From Nostoc sp. DedSLP01 (GTDB lineage: Bacteria; Cyanobacteriota; Cyanobacteriia; Cyanobacteriales; Nostocaceae): a DNA stretch of 64,000 bases. The stretch covers positions 133,580 through 197,579 of the forward strand of contig JAVRCJ020000015.1 of assembly GCA_034530875.2 (NCBI GenBank). Reading direction: 5' to 3'. The translations under genes were made by a program, and so were the position numbers. The notes beneath the pieces were generated by a model, which saw only the letters and a list, made by a program, of their open reading frames with translations, was not told the DNA's origin and searched no databases. Every line of letters begins with the position of its first letter. Position 1 is the stretch's first letter. Of this stretch, positions 51,791 through 62,642 are shown piece by piece.

Positions 51791-54052
51791 ATGGAAAACC
51801 TATCCCTAATGTTACTGCCCGTACTAGCTGCACAGAAAGGAGCAGGTGCTAGTCTAATTAAACCTCTGGGTCATCACGAACTGCTTTTGGTGCTGATACA
51901 ACTATCGTTGTTGCTTTTAGTAGCACGGGGATTAGGTGAGTTCATGCGCCGGATTAACCAACCTCCAGTTGTTGGAGAATTACTAGCTGGTGTGCTGCTT
52001 GGCCCTTCTTTATTTGGTTTGCTTCTTCCAGACTTACAGGCGCATATATTTCCCAAAAGCCAAGAACAATCAGATCTACTTTCAGTAATTTCTTGGCTAG
52101 GGGTATTATTTTTGCTAATTGTGACTGGCTTGGAAACGGATTTAAAACTGATTCTACGTAAAGGTAAAACTGCCCTACTGATTTCATTAGGTGGAATTAT
52201 TGTCCCATTTATCACCGGATTTGGACTAGGCTGGCTATTGCCAGATAGTTTTTTAGCCGACCCAGCAAAACGCCTGGTATTCAGTCTGTTTATCGCCACA
52301 GCGATGAGTATTTCAGCAGTACCAGTGATTGCTAAGGTGTTGATGGACTTAAACCTGATTCGCCGTGATATCGGTCAAGTTACCTTAGCAGCAGGCATGA
52401 CCGACGACACTATTGGCTGGATTTTACTTTCTGTGGTTTCAGGTTTAGCTAGCAGCGGTAAATTTGACTTTGGGACAATTTTTCACTCGGTAAGTGCAGC
52501 GGTATTATTTCTCGCCATTGCCTTTACAATTGGGCGTACCATCGTAGACCAAATTTTGCGCTGGGTTGATGATTACATTGGTGGCATCGCTGCTAGTATG
52601 TCGGTTGTGTTGATTCTTTCACTCTCAGCAGCAGCACTTACCCACGCATTAGGTTTGGAAGCAGCCTTAGGTGCTTTCGTGTTAGGAATTCTAGCAGGTC
52701 AATCCCGCCGCTTTAGCAATGAAGCCGGACACATGCTAGAAGTATTCACTGGAAGCTTTTTAGCGCCGATTTTCTTTGCAGCCGCCGGTTTGAAAGTGAA
52801 CTTACTAGCTTTGTTAGTTCCCCAGACCTTATTATTTGGTTTAATTGTGCTTGCTGTCGCCTGTATTGGTAAATTTACAGGTGCTTACCTGGGTTCTCGC
52901 GTCGGCGGCTTGAGCCATTGGGAAGCTTTAGCGATGGGTTCCGGGATGAATGCGCGTGGTGCAATGGAAATTGTTGTTGCCACCATTGGTTTATCTTTGG
53001 GAGTTCTTAACCCACAGATGTACTCAATTATAGTCATGGTGGCGATCGTTACCTCCTTGATGGCTCCACCCCTTTTGCGCTGGTGTTTGTCAAAAGTGGT
53101 TATGGGTGAAGAGGAAGCTCGACGTTTGGAACAAGAAGAACAGGCCAGCCGTAGCTTTATCAAGCGGATACACCGTATTTTAATACCGACTAGCGGCGGG
53201 CCTAATATTCAACTTGCGGCGCAGCTAGTTGGTTACATGGCTCATCAAAACCAAGTTGAAGTTACAGCTTTATACGCTCTGAGCGACAAGCAGCCCCAAA
53301 ACAAAGCACGTAAAACAGCAACCCAAGTTAAAGATACCGCTGCCGAACAAGCTCTTGCTGCTGTTACTGAGGAAATGCAGCTACCTACCGATACCACCCT
53401 GCAAACAAAAACCGAGTCTGGACGCAGTAAAGCAGAGGTCATTCTCAATGAAGCGAACAAAAACTATGACTTAATTGTATTGGGAGCTTCCGAACAGGTA
53501 CGCCCTCAAAAAGCATTGTTCAATTTGCTTGTTGACCGGGTAGTACAAGAAGCCCCTTGTGCAACGATGGTAGTGAAGTCGCATCTACCCCAACCCCAAG
53601 GCGAGACATGCAAAATCGCCCAACAACAACTAAAAAACATTCTTGTACCAACGGTGGGAACAGAATACAGCAAAAATGCCGTAGAGGTAGCAAGCACGAT
53701 CGCAGCTCAGACTGGCGCACTAGTAACTATCGTCAACGTGATTAACTTACCACAGGTTGAGTATATTCTTTACGAACAGCGATCGCTAGCTCCAGTAAAG
53801 GAAATTGCTCAAGATCTGCTAGAACGGCAAGCAGCCATTGGTCGCAATTTAGGCGCTGACGTCAAAACCTATATTCTTCAAGGAACCAGCCCAGAAAGGG
53901 AAATCCTCAAATTTGCCCAAACCAAGCAAGCCGACTTAATCATTCTAGGCAGCAATATCCGCATGGTTACCGGTCGCGTTTTCTTCGGTCACAGAGTGGA
54001 CGCAATTCTGAATAAAGCACATTGCCCAGTAGCTGTAATTACTGGGCCATAG
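51791..54052 (+). CDS. Cation:proton antiporter (CPA2/Kef-type) with two C-terminal universal stress protein domains
   Basis: About 12 TM segments, TDD and GMNARG motifs, two USP-like segments (DLIVLG, APC/HCPV). Confidence 0.9.
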   Translation: MENLSLMLLPVLAAQKGAGASLIKPLGHHELLLVLIQLSLLLLVARGLGEFMRRINQPPVVGELLAGVLLGPSLFGLLLPDLQAHIFPKSQEQSDLLSVISWLGVLFLLIVTGLETDLKLILRKGKTALLISLGGIIVPFITGFGLGWLLPDSFLADPAKRLVFSLFIATAMSISAVPVIAKVLMDLNLIRRDIGQVTLAAGMTDDTIGWILLSVVSGLASSGKFDFGTIFHSVSAAVLFLAIAFTIGRTIVDQILRWVDDYIGGIAASMSVVLILSLSAAALTHALGLEAALGAFVLGILAGQSRRFSNEAGHMLEVFTGSFLAPIFFAAAGLKVNLLALLVPQTLLFGLIVLAVACIGKFTGAYLGSRVGGLSHWEALAMGSGMNARGAMEIVVATIGLSLGVLNPQMYSIIVMVAIVTSLMAPPLLRWCLSKVVMGEEEARRLEQEEQASRSFIKRIHRILIPTSGGPNIQLAAQLVGYMAHQNQVEVTALYALSDKQPQNKARKTATQVKDTAAEQALAAVTEEMQLPTDTTLQTKTESGRSKAEVILNEANKNYDLIVLGASEQVRPQKALFNLLVDRVVQEAPCATMVVKSHLPQPQGETCKIAQQQLKNILVPTVGTEYSKNAVEVASTIAAQTGALVTIVNVINLPQVEYILYEQRSLAPVKEIAQDLLERQAAIGRNLGADVKTYILQGTSPEREILKFAQTKQADLIILGSNIRMVTGRVFFGHRVDAILNKAHCPVAVITGP

Positions 54053-54058
54053 TCTTTT

Positions 54059-54249
54059 TATAGCAGGAGGCAGGAGGCAGAAGGCAGAAGGTAGGAGGCA
54101 GAAGGCAGAAGGCAGGAGGCAGAAGGCAGGAGGCAGGAGGCAGGAGGCAGAAGGCAGAAGGCAGGAGGCAGGAAGCAGGAGGTAAAAGTATTACTATTCC
54201 TAGCATTTAGGCTTGTCATTATGTCCTAACATATCTGACTACCGCTATA
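54059..54249. mobile_element. TATAGC...GCTATA MITE-like element with an expanded GGCAG(G/A)A heptamer array
   Basis: About 17 heptamers at 54062-54182; unique half matches 28286-28345 in reverse. Confidence 0.65.
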
Positions 54250-54254
54250 ACTGT

Positions 54255-55823
54255 CTAAATTACAAAAGGTTCAAGCTCACTGTTAAACCACTCTTCACCA
54301 ACGCGTTCAGTAACCAGCGGTCTCACAATAAACTTGGGCGGACAACCGCCTAAGACATCAATCCGCACGCATGAATAAGGCAGTCGCGTATAAAAATTGT
54401 AATCATAGCGACCAACAAAAAGCATTGAATCAGCAACTTTACGAGTGGTGCTACCTGAAATCTCCGTAAAAGTCTCCATCAATTCATTCCCCTCTCGCCG
54501 TTGATATCGGGGACGATGACCGCTACCACCAGAGATAATACAGTTAATGTGAGAATCAGCAAATCCAGTATCAGTTGTGCGGAGATATTCCAAACAGTGA
54601 GCGTGGCCGTTTAAAATCAAATCCACTATGGGACGCTCTTTAATTAAAGAACCAAGAGTTTCAGCTACTTGTTCAAACACCCAACGCAAACGGTGACGAA
54701 CCGCCAAGGTTTGTGCCTGATGCCATTTAGTAGCCTCTGTAACGTAGGGCGGATGGTGGAAAAAGATTACACGTCCGCGCACCTCGGAAGTATTCCAAGA
54801 TTCGATGAGTCTGCGACGTAACCATTCAAGTTGTTCAAAATCGATCGCAGCCATCTTCTCAGATCCTAGCTGTTTTTCAATATCGATTTTGATTTCATCA
54901 ATTTGTTCTAATTTGGCAGTTAATTCGTCAAGTTTTTCCGCTTCAGGAGGTTTATCTGGATTCAATCCCTCGCATATTTTCAAAATCTGTAATTCTTCTC
55001 TATCTATCTCATGGCGACGCTTTTGCAATTCCCGGCGGTAAATTTCCCCCTCTTGAGTTGCAGGTAAAGGTGATGGTGTATTAAAGGTGTTAGAATCCAG
55101 TGCAAAAAAGTCAATCCCACCGTAACGAAACGTATAATACCGATTGGGTAAGCACGTGAATTGTCCGGGTTCGTAACGCAAACAGCGTCCTGTGTCAGTT
55201 TTAGCAGTATAGTGCCGATCTAAATGACGTTCTAACTCTTGCGAAGACATCCCCGCCGTATAGTCCATAAACGCCCGAGTGTATGCATTACCTTGATACG
55301 AACCATGCCACCCAATCTCGATATCTTTGTACTTCAACAGTCGACGTAGCGACGATGTTGTTCCAGTAAATAAACGATACAACAACGGCACATCGTAGTA
55401 ATCATGATTGCCAAGTACTGGCAAGAACGGTAGATTAAACACCATCTGGTTATAAGAAATGCCTTTCGGCTTGTCGCCACCGACCAGAAATTCTCGGTAA
55501 GGCTCAATAAAGTTTGTTGAGTAATACTCATGAGAACCCACCACATAGATGACATCTCCCGTGTGCAACACAAAACTGCAATCTTCCCGATGAGCAAGCA
55601 TCAGTTCGGCAACTTTTCTTTGGGGGTGGTGTCGAGAATGAGATTTAGTACCAGAATCACCGATAACCATAAAGGAAAATTCTGGACTATCATTTTTGCG
55701 ATCGCCAATAACCAAACTAGTTTGGTCAATTCCCCGTTGCACAAAACTCGGATGCATCCACCGCACCCGTTCCTTCATCTTTTGAATTTTTACAGGAATC
55801 GGTGGATCGAAAATCAAATTCAT
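54255..55823 (-). CDS. Calcineurin-like metallophosphoesterase
   Basis: GDSG, GDVIY, GNHD, HHPPY and NGHAH motifs; ATG at 55823 (the upstream extension is STRR-derived). Confidence 0.88.
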   Translation of the reverse strand: MNLIFDPPIPVKIQKMKERVRWMHPSFVQRGIDQTSLVIGDRKNDSPEFSFMVIGDSGTKSHSRHHPQRKVAELMLAHREDCSFVLHTGDVIYVVGSHEYYSTNFIEPYREFLVGGDKPKGISYNQMVFNLPFLPVLGNHDYYDVPLLYRLFTGTTSSLRRLLKYKDIEIGWHGSYQGNAYTRAFMDYTAGMSSQELERHLDRHYTAKTDTGRCLRYEPGQFTCLPNRYYTFRYGGIDFFALDSNTFNTPSPLPATQEGEIYRRELQKRRHEIDREELQILKICEGLNPDKPPEAEKLDELTAKLEQIDEIKIDIEKQLGSEKMAAIDFEQLEWLRRRLIESWNTSEVRGRVIFFHHPPYVTEATKWHQAQTLAVRHRLRWVFEQVAETLGSLIKERPIVDLILNGHAHCLEYLRTTDTGFADSHINCIISGGSGHRPRYQRREGNELMETFTEISGSTTRKVADSMLFVGRYDYNFYTRLPYSCVRIDVLGGCPPKFIVRPLVTERVGEEWFNSELEPFVI

Positions 55824-56015
55824 GGTTGATAACTCGTGAATGCCTAACGCACAAGCCGATTGTAACGAAATAATAAGGATAGGGGAGTGGGGATTGGTGA
55901 CTGGGAAATTGGGAGTGGGGAGTGGGGAATGGGGAATAGGGAATACGGAAATAAGAAATAAATAAATAAATATTTTAGTAATACCCAATCCCCAATCACC
56001 AGTCCCCAGCCCCAA

Positions 56016-56441
56016 TCACGGCAAATTCTCTCGCAATAATGCTCGAAACCCCGCTTGTTGAAAATGCTCGTCAGCTGTTAATGCTTCTGTGATTCCGCTA
56101 TATTCCATCACAATAAAAGATACGCAATCGCTAAATCCCCATTCTTTCTCAGTGCGATCGCAATAAAGTTGAAAAGCACGTTCGTAGAGTTCTTGGGAAA
56201 GGGGAACAATTTCTACTTTGGCATCTGCTACCAAAGAATTCAATAATACGATCGCCGCCTGACGATAAGCTATTTGGGATAAGGCATTGCCAATTTCCAA
56301 CATTACGGCCTGTGTTGTCACTAAACGAGTTTCTGCCGCTTGTAACATTTTAGCCAGATGTAAAGCTCGGTGATGCAAGCGATCGCTTGGTGCGGATAAA
56401 GCAATCGCAAATGAGGTATCAAGAAAGACTTCGGAATGCAT
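56016..56441 (-). CDS. PIN-domain (VapC-like) toxin
   Basis: FLDTS, E, DCVSF and TADEHFQQAGF motifs. Confidence 0.88.
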   Translation of the reverse strand: MHSEVFLDTSFAIALSAPSDRLHHRALHLAKMLQAAETRLVTTQAVMLEIGNALSQIAYRQAAIVLLNSLVADAKVEIVPLSQELYERAFQLYCDRTEKEWGFSDCVSFIVMEYSGITEALTADEHFQQAGFRALLRENLP

Positions 56442-56448
56442 GAAAAGT

Positions 56449-56664
56449 TTATTTACCGTACAAAGATTTATCTATATTGGCAGACCACTCAGGTGGCCCT
56501 TCGAGATTGAGCGATCGCGCCGTTTGCAAAAATGAGACTGTTTCATGTTCGCTAGGCGATAAAATTTCAATACTCATTCGCACGCGAGTATTAATTGGCA
56601 AGGCGATGGGTTCAGACGGATAGAACACTTTGCCATTAAACACAGCTGTGATTTTTTCTATCAT
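56449..56664 (-). CDS. Antitoxin, DUF104/AF2212-like
   Basis: ITAVFNGKVFYP and WSANID motifs; directly upstream of the PIN toxin. Confidence 0.75.
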   Translation of the reverse strand: MIEKITAVFNGKVFYPSEPIALPINTRVRMSIEILSPSEHETVSFLQTARSLNLEGPPEWSANIDKSLYGK

Positions 56665-57071
56665 TTTCCTCAAAAAATTCTTTTAGTCTATCCTAAGCTG
56701 CTTGTAGCCATACGGGTAGGTTAAACGACGCGATCGCTAGTTAAAAGTGCTGAGTTCCAAGGCTGCCCTGAAAACAAGTAAATAAAAATTGTAAATTTAA
56801 TACTAATTTTAGAAATGATAGTAAATTCTAGAATGTCAAATAAAACAAAACTATGTGAATAAAAATCAATTAAACTAAAATCCTTATACTTCTTGCTTTT
56901 TGCCCGATTCTAATGAGAACTATTTACGTCAATTTATTTACTCTCAAATCAAAATTCCCCACAGATAAATGCAAATTGGCTCCCTCAGGCGAGAGAGTTT
57001 GCACCCTTTAGCCTGTTGTAAAATAGACATCAGAAGGATTCGGGGGACCATTTAACTGGTCAGAAACGCCT

Positions 57072-58817
57072 ATAGAGACTATCTTTGGAAATCTCCAAGG
57101 TCTAAAGACCAGCCAGCTGAAACAACTACAGCGGCTTTATCACCAGCGCATCCCAGGCGATCGCATCACCACGCCTGAGTTTTCCCAGCGTCTGGCAGCA
57201 ATTAGCACAGAAGTCAATCAGCCTGTATGTGCCTACCTCAACCGTCGCGGACAAGTGATTCGCGTGGGGGTAGGTACGCCGCGTCAAACACAAATTCCAC
57301 CACTGGAATTGCCGCGTTACGGTGCTGAGCGACTTAGCGGTGTTCGTTGTATCGCCACTCATCTAAAGTCAGAACCGCCCAACGAAGCGGCACTCACGGC
57401 TATGGCGCTCCAACGCTTAGACGCTCTAGTTGTGCTAAATATTACTGGTACGGGATTTACGCGTCGGGGAGGCGGCGCTACTGGGTACGTCAAAGAAGCT
57501 TATTTAGCTCATTTGACACCCCAAGACTCTCGCACCTTGATTACCACTCCTGCGGGGTTGAACATAGACCAGAAGCAAGTCCAATCTCCGAGTTGGAATA
57601 TATCGCCGCCTCTTGGTTTAGAGGATCTGGCACAGCACGATTTGATCGACTTAGTGGAAAATCTGGAAGCGGAATTCCAGCGCGAATTTATCGCCCAGGA
57701 AGTAGATGCCGATCGCGATCGCGTGTTAATTGTGGGGTTAATGACTGATGAAATGACCCTGCAACAATTCCAAGACACCATAGCAGAATTAGCGCGTTTA
57801 GTTGATACGGCTGGGGGAGAGGTATTGCAGACAATACAACAAAAGCGATCGCGCATTCATCCCCAGACAGTAGTCGGGGAAGGTAAGGTGCAAGAAATCG
57901 CCCTCACAGCCCAAACACTAGGAGTCAATCTCGTTGTGTTTGACCGCGACCTTTCGCCCTCCCAAGTCCGCAACCTAGAAGCGCAAATTGGCGTGCGCGT
58001 AGTTGACCGCACCGAAGTAATTTTGGATATCTTCGCCCAACGCGCTCAGTCCCGTGCTGGTAAATTGCAAGTAGAACTAGCACAGTTAGAATACATGCAG
58101 CCGCGACTGGCTGGTAGAGGTCGCGCCATGTCCCGACTCGGTGGTGGTATTGGGACTCGCGGCCCTGGTGAAACTAAACTGGAAACTGAACGACGTGCCA
58201 TCGGGCAGCGGATTTCCCGACTGCAAAAAGAAGTCAACCAGTTACAAGCGCATCGTTCCCGCCTACGACAGCGACGACAGCATCGAGAGGTTCCCTCAGT
58301 AGCTTTAGTTGGGTACACCAACGCTGGTAAATCTACTTTGTTAAATGCTCTAACAAACGCAGAAGTTTATACAGCCGACCAGCTATTTGCTACTCTCGAT
58401 CCTACTACGCGCCGCTTAGTAATTCCTCACGGCGAAACTGATGAACCCCAAGAAATTCTCATAACAGATACAGTAGGGTTCATACACGAACTGCCTCCAT
58501 CCTTAATGGATGCCTTCCGCGCCACCTTAGAGGAAGTCACAGAAGCTGATGCCTTATTACATCTGGTAGATTTGTCTCACCCAGCTTGGTTGCGACATAT
58601 TCGTTCAGTCCGAGAAATCCTCGCGCAAATGCCAGTTACTCCTGGGCCCGCACTGGTTGTTTTTAATAAAATCGATCTAGCTAACAGCGAGATTCTAGCT
58701 TTAGCAAGAGAAGAATTTCCCCTAGCAGTATTTATTTCCGCCAGTCAGCGGTTGGGATTAGAAACCCTACGCCAGCGCCTTGCTCAATTGATTGAATATG
58801 CCGTTGACTCTCGGTAA
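57072..58817 (+). CDS. hflX: GTPase HflX (long cyanobacterial form, apparently with a non-canonical start)
   Basis: GYTNAGKS, LFATLD, DTVG and NKID motifs; frame open from 57027, encoding IETIFGNLQGLK upstream of the first GTG (57255). Confidence 0.92.
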   Translation: METIFGNLQGLKTSQLKQLQRLYHQRIPGDRITTPEFSQRLAAISTEVNQPVCAYLNRRGQVIRVGVGTPRQTQIPPLELPRYGAERLSGVRCIATHLKSEPPNEAALTAMALQRLDALVVLNITGTGFTRRGGGATGYVKEAYLAHLTPQDSRTLITTPAGLNIDQKQVQSPSWNISPPLGLEDLAQHDLIDLVENLEAEFQREFIAQEVDADRDRVLIVGLMTDEMTLQQFQDTIAELARLVDTAGGEVLQTIQQKRSRIHPQTVVGEGKVQEIALTAQTLGVNLVVFDRDLSPSQVRNLEAQIGVRVVDRTEVILDIFAQRAQSRAGKLQVELAQLEYMQPRLAGRGRAMSRLGGGIGTRGPGETKLETERRAIGQRISRLQKEVNQLQAHRSRLRQRRQHREVPSVALVGYTNAGKSTLLNALTNAEVYTADQLFATLDPTTRRLVIPHGETDEPQEILITDTVGFIHELPPSLMDAFRATLEEVTEADALLHLVDLSHPAWLRHIRSVREILAQMPVTPGPALVVFNKIDLANSEILALAREEFPLAVFISASQRLGLETLRQRLAQLIEYAVDSR

Positions 58818-58847
58818 ATACCGTAAGAAACTTGGAATTTTTAGTTG

Positions 58848-58882
58848 AAAATGCCGTAGCTATATTAGCTGCGGCATTTTTT
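58848..58882 (+). terminator. Intrinsic terminator after hflX
   Basis: AAAATGCCGTAGCT/AGCTGCGGCATTTTTT hairpin. Confidence 0.75.
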
Positions 58883-59169
58883 CTTGAAAATAACAGATAT
58901 TTCTCCTTTACTTTACTGAAGCTTTATCGGATTATGTGGAATTTGCTGAATGACAATATAGGAAAATACGTGCTAAAACAATTTATTAATAGTATTTTTC
59001 TGTTTATAACTAATACAGTAATTATATTTATTTTATGGATAAAGCCTAATAATATATAAGACTTTCACTTCTTAACTGATTATTAATTAATTTGACAAGT
59101 ACTGTATTAGCCTTTCAGGAAAACTTTTAAAATTTTCTCACTTATCAATATCTATACAAAGGAAAGTAT

Positions 59170-60051
59170 ATGCCATTGGCCTCACAGCAGTTTGAGTCCA
59201 AAGATGTCAAAGTTCAGCTTCTTCTAGCTGGAGGACATCAACACACTGTTTATTTGAAATCAGATGCACCTCTCCTGCATAGTCTTTTAACAAAAATTGT
59301 GGCTCGTGCATACAAACAAGACTCTGAGTTAGAGAATTTATTCCAAATTCCTATTAATGAAGGTCGCTCGGTTTTATGTTTTCCTAGCGAACATCTTATA
59401 GGCGTGGTTACAGAACCCCCAATCTTTATACAACAATCAGAGAACATACAACTTGAAAGTAGTTATATTGAGGCTTCTGATTATATCCATATAGATAATT
59501 TTCTGACGCCCGAAGAACACAAACGTTTACTCAAATATGTTCTAGAAAAAGAATCAAATTTTTTGCCAAGCAATACTTCTACAAACGATATTAATTATCG
59601 GCAATCATTGGTTCTTTACTCATTCCCTGAATTTTCTGAATTGATATTAAAGAAAATTCAAGCAATGATTCCTGATATTATGAGCAAATTAAACATACCA
59701 TCGTTTTCTATATCACAGATTGAAAGTCAACTAACTGCACATAATCATGGTAATTATTACAAAGTTCATAATGATAATGGCAGTCCAGATACTGCTACCA
59801 GAGAACTAACATACGTTTATTACTTTTATCAAGAACCAAAATCATTTTCTGGTGGCGAATTGCGAATATACGATAGCAAAATTGAAAATAACATCTATGT
59901 AAATGCTGAGACATTCAAAACAGTTGAACCTCGAAATAACAGCATTATATTCTTCCCCAGCCGCTATTTACACGAAGTACTGCCTGTGAATTGTCCCTCT
60001 CAAGCTTTCAAAGATAGTAGATTTACCATCAATGGCTGGGTGCGTCGATAA
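59170..60051 (+). CDS. 2OG-Fe(II) oxygenase, prolyl-4-hydroxylase-like, with an extra N-terminal domain
   Basis: HND (HxD), FSGGEL, HEV and RFTINGW motifs. Confidence 0.88.
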   Translation: MPLASQQFESKDVKVQLLLAGGHQHTVYLKSDAPLLHSLLTKIVARAYKQDSELENLFQIPINEGRSVLCFPSEHLIGVVTEPPIFIQQSENIQLESSYIEASDYIHIDNFLTPEEHKRLLKYVLEKESNFLPSNTSTNDINYRQSLVLYSFPEFSELILKKIQAMIPDIMSKLNIPSFSISQIESQLTAHNHGNYYKVHNDNGSPDTATRELTYVYYFYQEPKSFSGGELRIYDSKIENNIYVNAETFKTVEPRNNSIIFFPSRYLHEVLPVNCPSQAFKDSRFTINGWVRR

Positions 60052-60499
60052 ACCAATTCAGTATCAATACTACTACAATAACTATCTAACTTTATGGAAG
60101 GCGATCGCCTTCTATAATTTTTTGCATACTCATAGTCAATCTGCTTTATGAAAAATACATATCTTTCAGTACATTATAAATAGTTTATCAAAATTACTTA
60201 AATATTTTATTTAAAATTTGATACTAAAGATTATATTTGCTAATTAAAGCTAGAAATATTACGTAAATAAGCCAAAAATATTTTTCATGTAGTAAACACT
60301 TAAATATCGAACAAAAGTTGCGTAATAGTCATTTATTTATAGTCTATTAAATTTTGGATAAAGCTTACAAAAAACAGTACTACATATCATTTTTGTGTGC
60401 CAATGTGGATTAGTTAATGATGGCAATAATGCTTGGATAAACATCATTAATTAGGAACCTTTTCCACATCTTGTTTTAAGACAAAGAGGTTTGATTTAG

Positions 60500-61651
60500 A
60501 TGTCTCAACCATATTCAAAAAAAATAGTTGGCTATATAACTTGTGGCCTTTTATCATTCAGCTTAGCTGTAGGCTCGCAAATGCCTCAAGCACAGGCAGG
60601 AAATGGTAACGGTAATGGCAACAACAAAAACTCACCAGCGCCCGCACCTGCACCAGCGCCCGCACCTGCACCAGCACCCGCACCAGCGCCTGCACCAGCA
60701 CCCGCACCAGCACCAGCGCCTGCACCAGCACCAGCGCCCACGATTTTGGGGTCTAAAAGTTTTTCAGCAACAGGAACCAATACCTACGACGGCTCTAACG
60801 ATCCTTTGGGAGCGTCAGTCCTCTTTAATTACCTAAGCAATGGTTTATTGTCAGTGACCCTGACTAATAATTCTTCTGTAGGAATCTCAAACCCTTCTGA
60901 TGTTCTAACCTCGGTCTTTTGGGACTATGCTGGTTCTGCCCTTAACTTATCGCTAGTTTCTGCTCTAGCTCCCACAGTAACCTCAAGCGCAGGCTCAACC
61001 ACCACAAACAATGTCGATCTTCTGGCTCTAAATGAATGGAAATTGCCAAACACCAGTAATACTGGAGGACTTCCTGGCATTGACCAACATTATGGTCTAG
61101 GTACAGCTGGCTTAGGTATTTTCCAAGGTGGTGGCGGACAGCAATTCAATTACGGAATTATCAGTGGTTACGCTAATGATGCAAATCCAGCTGTAAGTTC
61201 AGGGACTTTTGCTAAAGGTTCAGCTACTTTCTTGCTATCAGGGTTAACCTCTGGCTTTGACATCACTAAGATTGGCAACATTCGCTTTCAGTACGGTACA
61301 TCACTAGCCGAAACTAGTATAAAACCTGCCACAAGCCCAGCACCCGCACCCGCGCCAGCGCCAGCGCCAGCGCCAGCACCAGCACCCGCACCAGCGCCAG
61401 CACCAGCACCAGCACCCGCGCCAGCACCCGCGCCAGCCCCCGCGCCAGCACCAGCACCCGCACCAGCACCCGCGCCAGCACCAGCACCCGCGCCCACACC
61501 TACACCTGTACCACCGTACTATCAACCTCCTGCACCCGCACCTCAACCGAAACAAGTACCTGAACCTAGTACAACCGCAGCGTTAGGATTATTAGGCTTG
61601 GGTGCTTTCAGACTCCAGAAGAAAAATAAAAAAGATACTTCCCAAAGTTAA
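60500..61651 (+). CDS. PEP-CTERM exosortase-dependent surface protein with two (Ala-Pro)n tracts
   Basis: Signal peptide ending AQA; VPEP, TM segment and basic tail; central domain possibly XDD4-like. Confidence 0.88.
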   Translation: MSQPYSKKIVGYITCGLLSFSLAVGSQMPQAQAGNGNGNGNNKNSPAPAPAPAPAPAPAPAPAPAPAPAPAPAPAPAPAPTILGSKSFSATGTNTYDGSNDPLGASVLFNYLSNGLLSVTLTNNSSVGISNPSDVLTSVFWDYAGSALNLSLVSALAPTVTSSAGSTTTNNVDLLALNEWKLPNTSNTGGLPGIDQHYGLGTAGLGIFQGGGGQQFNYGIISGYANDANPAVSSGTFAKGSATFLLSGLTSGFDITKIGNIRFQYGTSLAETSIKPATSPAPAPAPAPAPAPAPAPAPAPAPAPAPAPAPAPAPAPAPAPAPAPAPAPAPAPTPTPVPPYYQPPAPAPQPKQVPEPSTTAALGLLGLGAFRLQKKNKKDTSQS

Positions 61652-61689
61652 ACTAGACTGCTGAGTTTTAGCAGTAGCATAGCTTCAAT

Positions 61690-61729
61690 ATGGATTTAGA
61701 GGAGCGCAAGCACTTCTAAACCATTTTTT
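61690..61729 (+). terminator. Intrinsic terminator
   Basis: ATGGATTTAGA...TCTAAACCAT stem followed by a T-tract. Confidence 0.6.
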
Positions 61730-62018
61730 GTTAGATGGAAGAAATACGAAACTAGAACTCACTTAGATAAATTCTGCTTTTTAACTATAGGAATCGAGTT
61801 GGATTCCTGAAATTGCTTGGCTTATTAGACAACAAGCAAAATGCAGTAAAATTCTAGAAGATTAAGGTATAGTAAGTTTTTTCAAAAATCAAATAGGAAT
61901 CCTGTAGCGCTTAGTAGTGAAAAAATTTGAGCAACAGAAAGAATGACAATAATCTACGAACCCATAGTCAGTGGCAAAGTTCTAAAATTAAAAAGTATTA
62001 AATCAATTTGAGGACTTT

Positions 62019-62291
62019 ATGGCTGCAAAAGTAGAAATATACACTTGGAGAACTTGCCCATTTTGCATCCGTGCCAAAAGCTTGTTGAAAAACAAGGGAG
62101 TTGAATTTATCGAATACAGCATTGATGGAGATGAGGCAGCCAGAAATAAAATGGCTCAAAGAGCAAACGGACGCCGTTCTTTACCACAAATTTTCATTAA
62201 TGACCAGCATGTTGGTGGCTGCGATGATATCCACGCTTTAGACAATCAAGGCAAGCTGGATGAACTACTAGCTTCTAGCAATAGCGTTTAG
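62019..62291 (+). CDS. grxC: Glutaredoxin 3
   Basis: CPFC, SLPQIFI and GGCDD motifs. Confidence 0.93.
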   Translation: MAAKVEIYTWRTCPFCIRAKSLLKNKGVEFIEYSIDGDEAARNKMAQRANGRRSLPQIFINDQHVGGCDDIHALDNQGKLDELLASSNSV

Positions 62292-62403
62292 ATTCAAAAG
62301 ATATCGCTCTCCCTAGCGACAAGCCGCTGGACACACACGGCAGTCGCTACAATTCTTAACTGCAATGGGTTGCTTAATTTATTGACTTTTTACCTACAAA
62401 ATT

Positions 62404-62560
62404 CAATACTGCTCCATTAAAGCTTAAAAATAAGCATTGTGTAGGTTGGATTGAGAAAAGTAGCAAAACAACCCAAAAATGTTGCAGAGTTTTTTGGGTA
62501 ATTTATTACCTTAACCCAACCTCCCATTTCACGGTTTTTGACGTTAACGGAACCCTATTG
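62404..62560. mobile_element. Degenerate Nezha-like MITE with REP-like cargo
   Basis: CAATAC... / GTTAACGGAACCCTATTG ends; internal GTAGGTTGG...CCCAACCT as in 2584-2717. Confidence 0.5.
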
Positions 62561-62642
62561 TCCTCTCATCACCCGTAACCTCAGCCCCCAATGACCAATG
62601 TCATAGACCTAGTAAAATACATTTTTGTGTATTTTTTTCATA

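Noticed and set aside
54062..54182. Possible CRISPR or coding repeat
   Set aside because: Simple heptamer STRR array
55824..56015. N-terminal extension of the metallophosphoesterase
   Set aside because: Encoded by STRR heptamers; the ATG at 55823 is the more plausible start
58832..59059. 75-aa hydrophobic ORF after hflX
   Set aside because: Overlaps the terminator, TTG start, very AT-rich intergenic composition
60586..61555. Antisense (GA)n, (RC/W)n and VLARV ORFs
   Set aside because: Shadow frames of the Ala-Pro tracts in the PEP-CTERM gene
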